From Camelus ferus (Eukaryota), in the NCBI RefSeq assembly GCF_009834535.1, contig NC_045697.1, forward strand, positions 25,670,001-25,734,000: a stretch of 64,000 nucleotides of DNA. The letters are read 5' to 3'. Under the pieces are notes generated by a model. The model ran no database searches and was not told where the DNA came from. It was given only the letters and a program-made list of their open reading frames with translations. Below, one piece after another: positions 62,979 to 64,000 of this stretch (the first letter of the stretch is position 1; each line of letters starts with the position of its first letter). The position numbers and the translations under genes were made by a program.

Positions 62979-64000
62979 AAATTCATTTAAAAATACTCAC
63001 TTCACTAAAAACTGAGTTACTTAATCTTTCTTCTCTTAATAAGCAAAAATCTGGCAATAAATCTACTTTATTTTTCGTTCCATTTTACATACATTTGCAG
63101 CCTAAATTTTTGCTTTGTTTTTCATTAATTTTGATTTTGTCTCTTCTATTTATTCATGTTCTTCCTTACAACTTCAGCTACCTTCTTGGCTTTAGCTACA
63201 GTTTTTGTGCTGTTGAACTCTCTCTGTTCAATCTCTGATCACTTTCCTGAACTACGAGAACCAAATAGCTACTTTTCAAATTTATTCAGTAGGTGTTTTT
63301 AAATGAACTGATTAACATCCACCCACTCAAATTCTATTGTAACTTCTTAATTCCCTGTAACAATTAATGTCATCATTCATCAGTTTCTCAAGGTCAGTAA
63401 TAAATCATGCCATATTGAAACTTTTGCTTCTTACTTTATTGTACAGTCTTTTATATGTCTGGATAAATGTCTCCCGATTTCTCTCTCTCTTCATATTGTC
63501 AATATCTAATTTAAGCTCTTGTCAAGACATACGTAAGCAATTTCAACTTCCTCCTAAGTCTTCTCTAATCTACTGTTTCTCTTCTAATGTCACCAGAATA
63601 AACTACACAAAAAGCAAATTTTCTGATTAAGCATTGTTTTCAACTCCTAGTACTTACCACACTGTACTACATTTAAAAAATTTTTTTGCATTCCTGCTTA
63701 CATCATTAGATAGTAATGCTTAATGTCTCACTCACCTTTCTAGTGACTCTAGCAATTGGGTCCAATGCGCAGATAATGGATGAATAATGCAAATAATTAC
63801 ATGTACAAATTATGTACTAAATATGCATGTTCAAGTACAAACGATACTATAGCAGAGATGGGTGATCTGTGGACCAAAATTTGCACTTCTCCTTTCATAT
63901 TTCTAGCTGTTGCTGGGGAAGAATGTCCCGCCTGTGGACTAGATTTGCTAGCTCCCGAATAGTGTATATGACTGATTCTCAGTAGTGAACTTTTAGCAGA

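Noticed and set aside
1..64000. CRISPR array, operon or prokaryotic defence system
   Set aside because: The sequence is mammalian and repeat-rich, with no regularly spaced repeats or dense ORFs; the RT motifs present belong to L1, L2 and an ERV.

Overview
AT-rich, CpG-poor mammalian genomic DNA, either intergenic or deep inside an intron. I recognise no host protein-coding exon, rRNA, functional tRNA or prokaryotic feature. Two short tRNA-derived SINEs (head GGGAGGGTATAGCTCAGTGGTA...) and the young L1 3' UTRs look camelid-type (camel/alpaca/llama); this is an inference from remembered repeat consensuses, not a database result. The window is dominated by transposon fossils: a decayed class I (gamma-like) endogenous provirus (LTR U3, pol, 5' env; 11253-15430) with a second LTR nested in pol, several solo LTRs, L1 copies of several ages, L2, MIR and MLT. 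The ORFs I can identify are L1/ERV remnants or their antisense frames; most others look like chance ORFs. I see no convincing new biological system. The best items for follow-up are a 76-nt pre-miRNA-like hairpin (30780-30855), an unexplained 138-bp ungapped local duplication (34866/36797), a twin-primed L1 with an unusually large internal loss, an L1 with a short 3' transduction and a 221-codon orphan ORF. Repeat subfamily names and the boundaries of old repeats are approximate, judged by eye.
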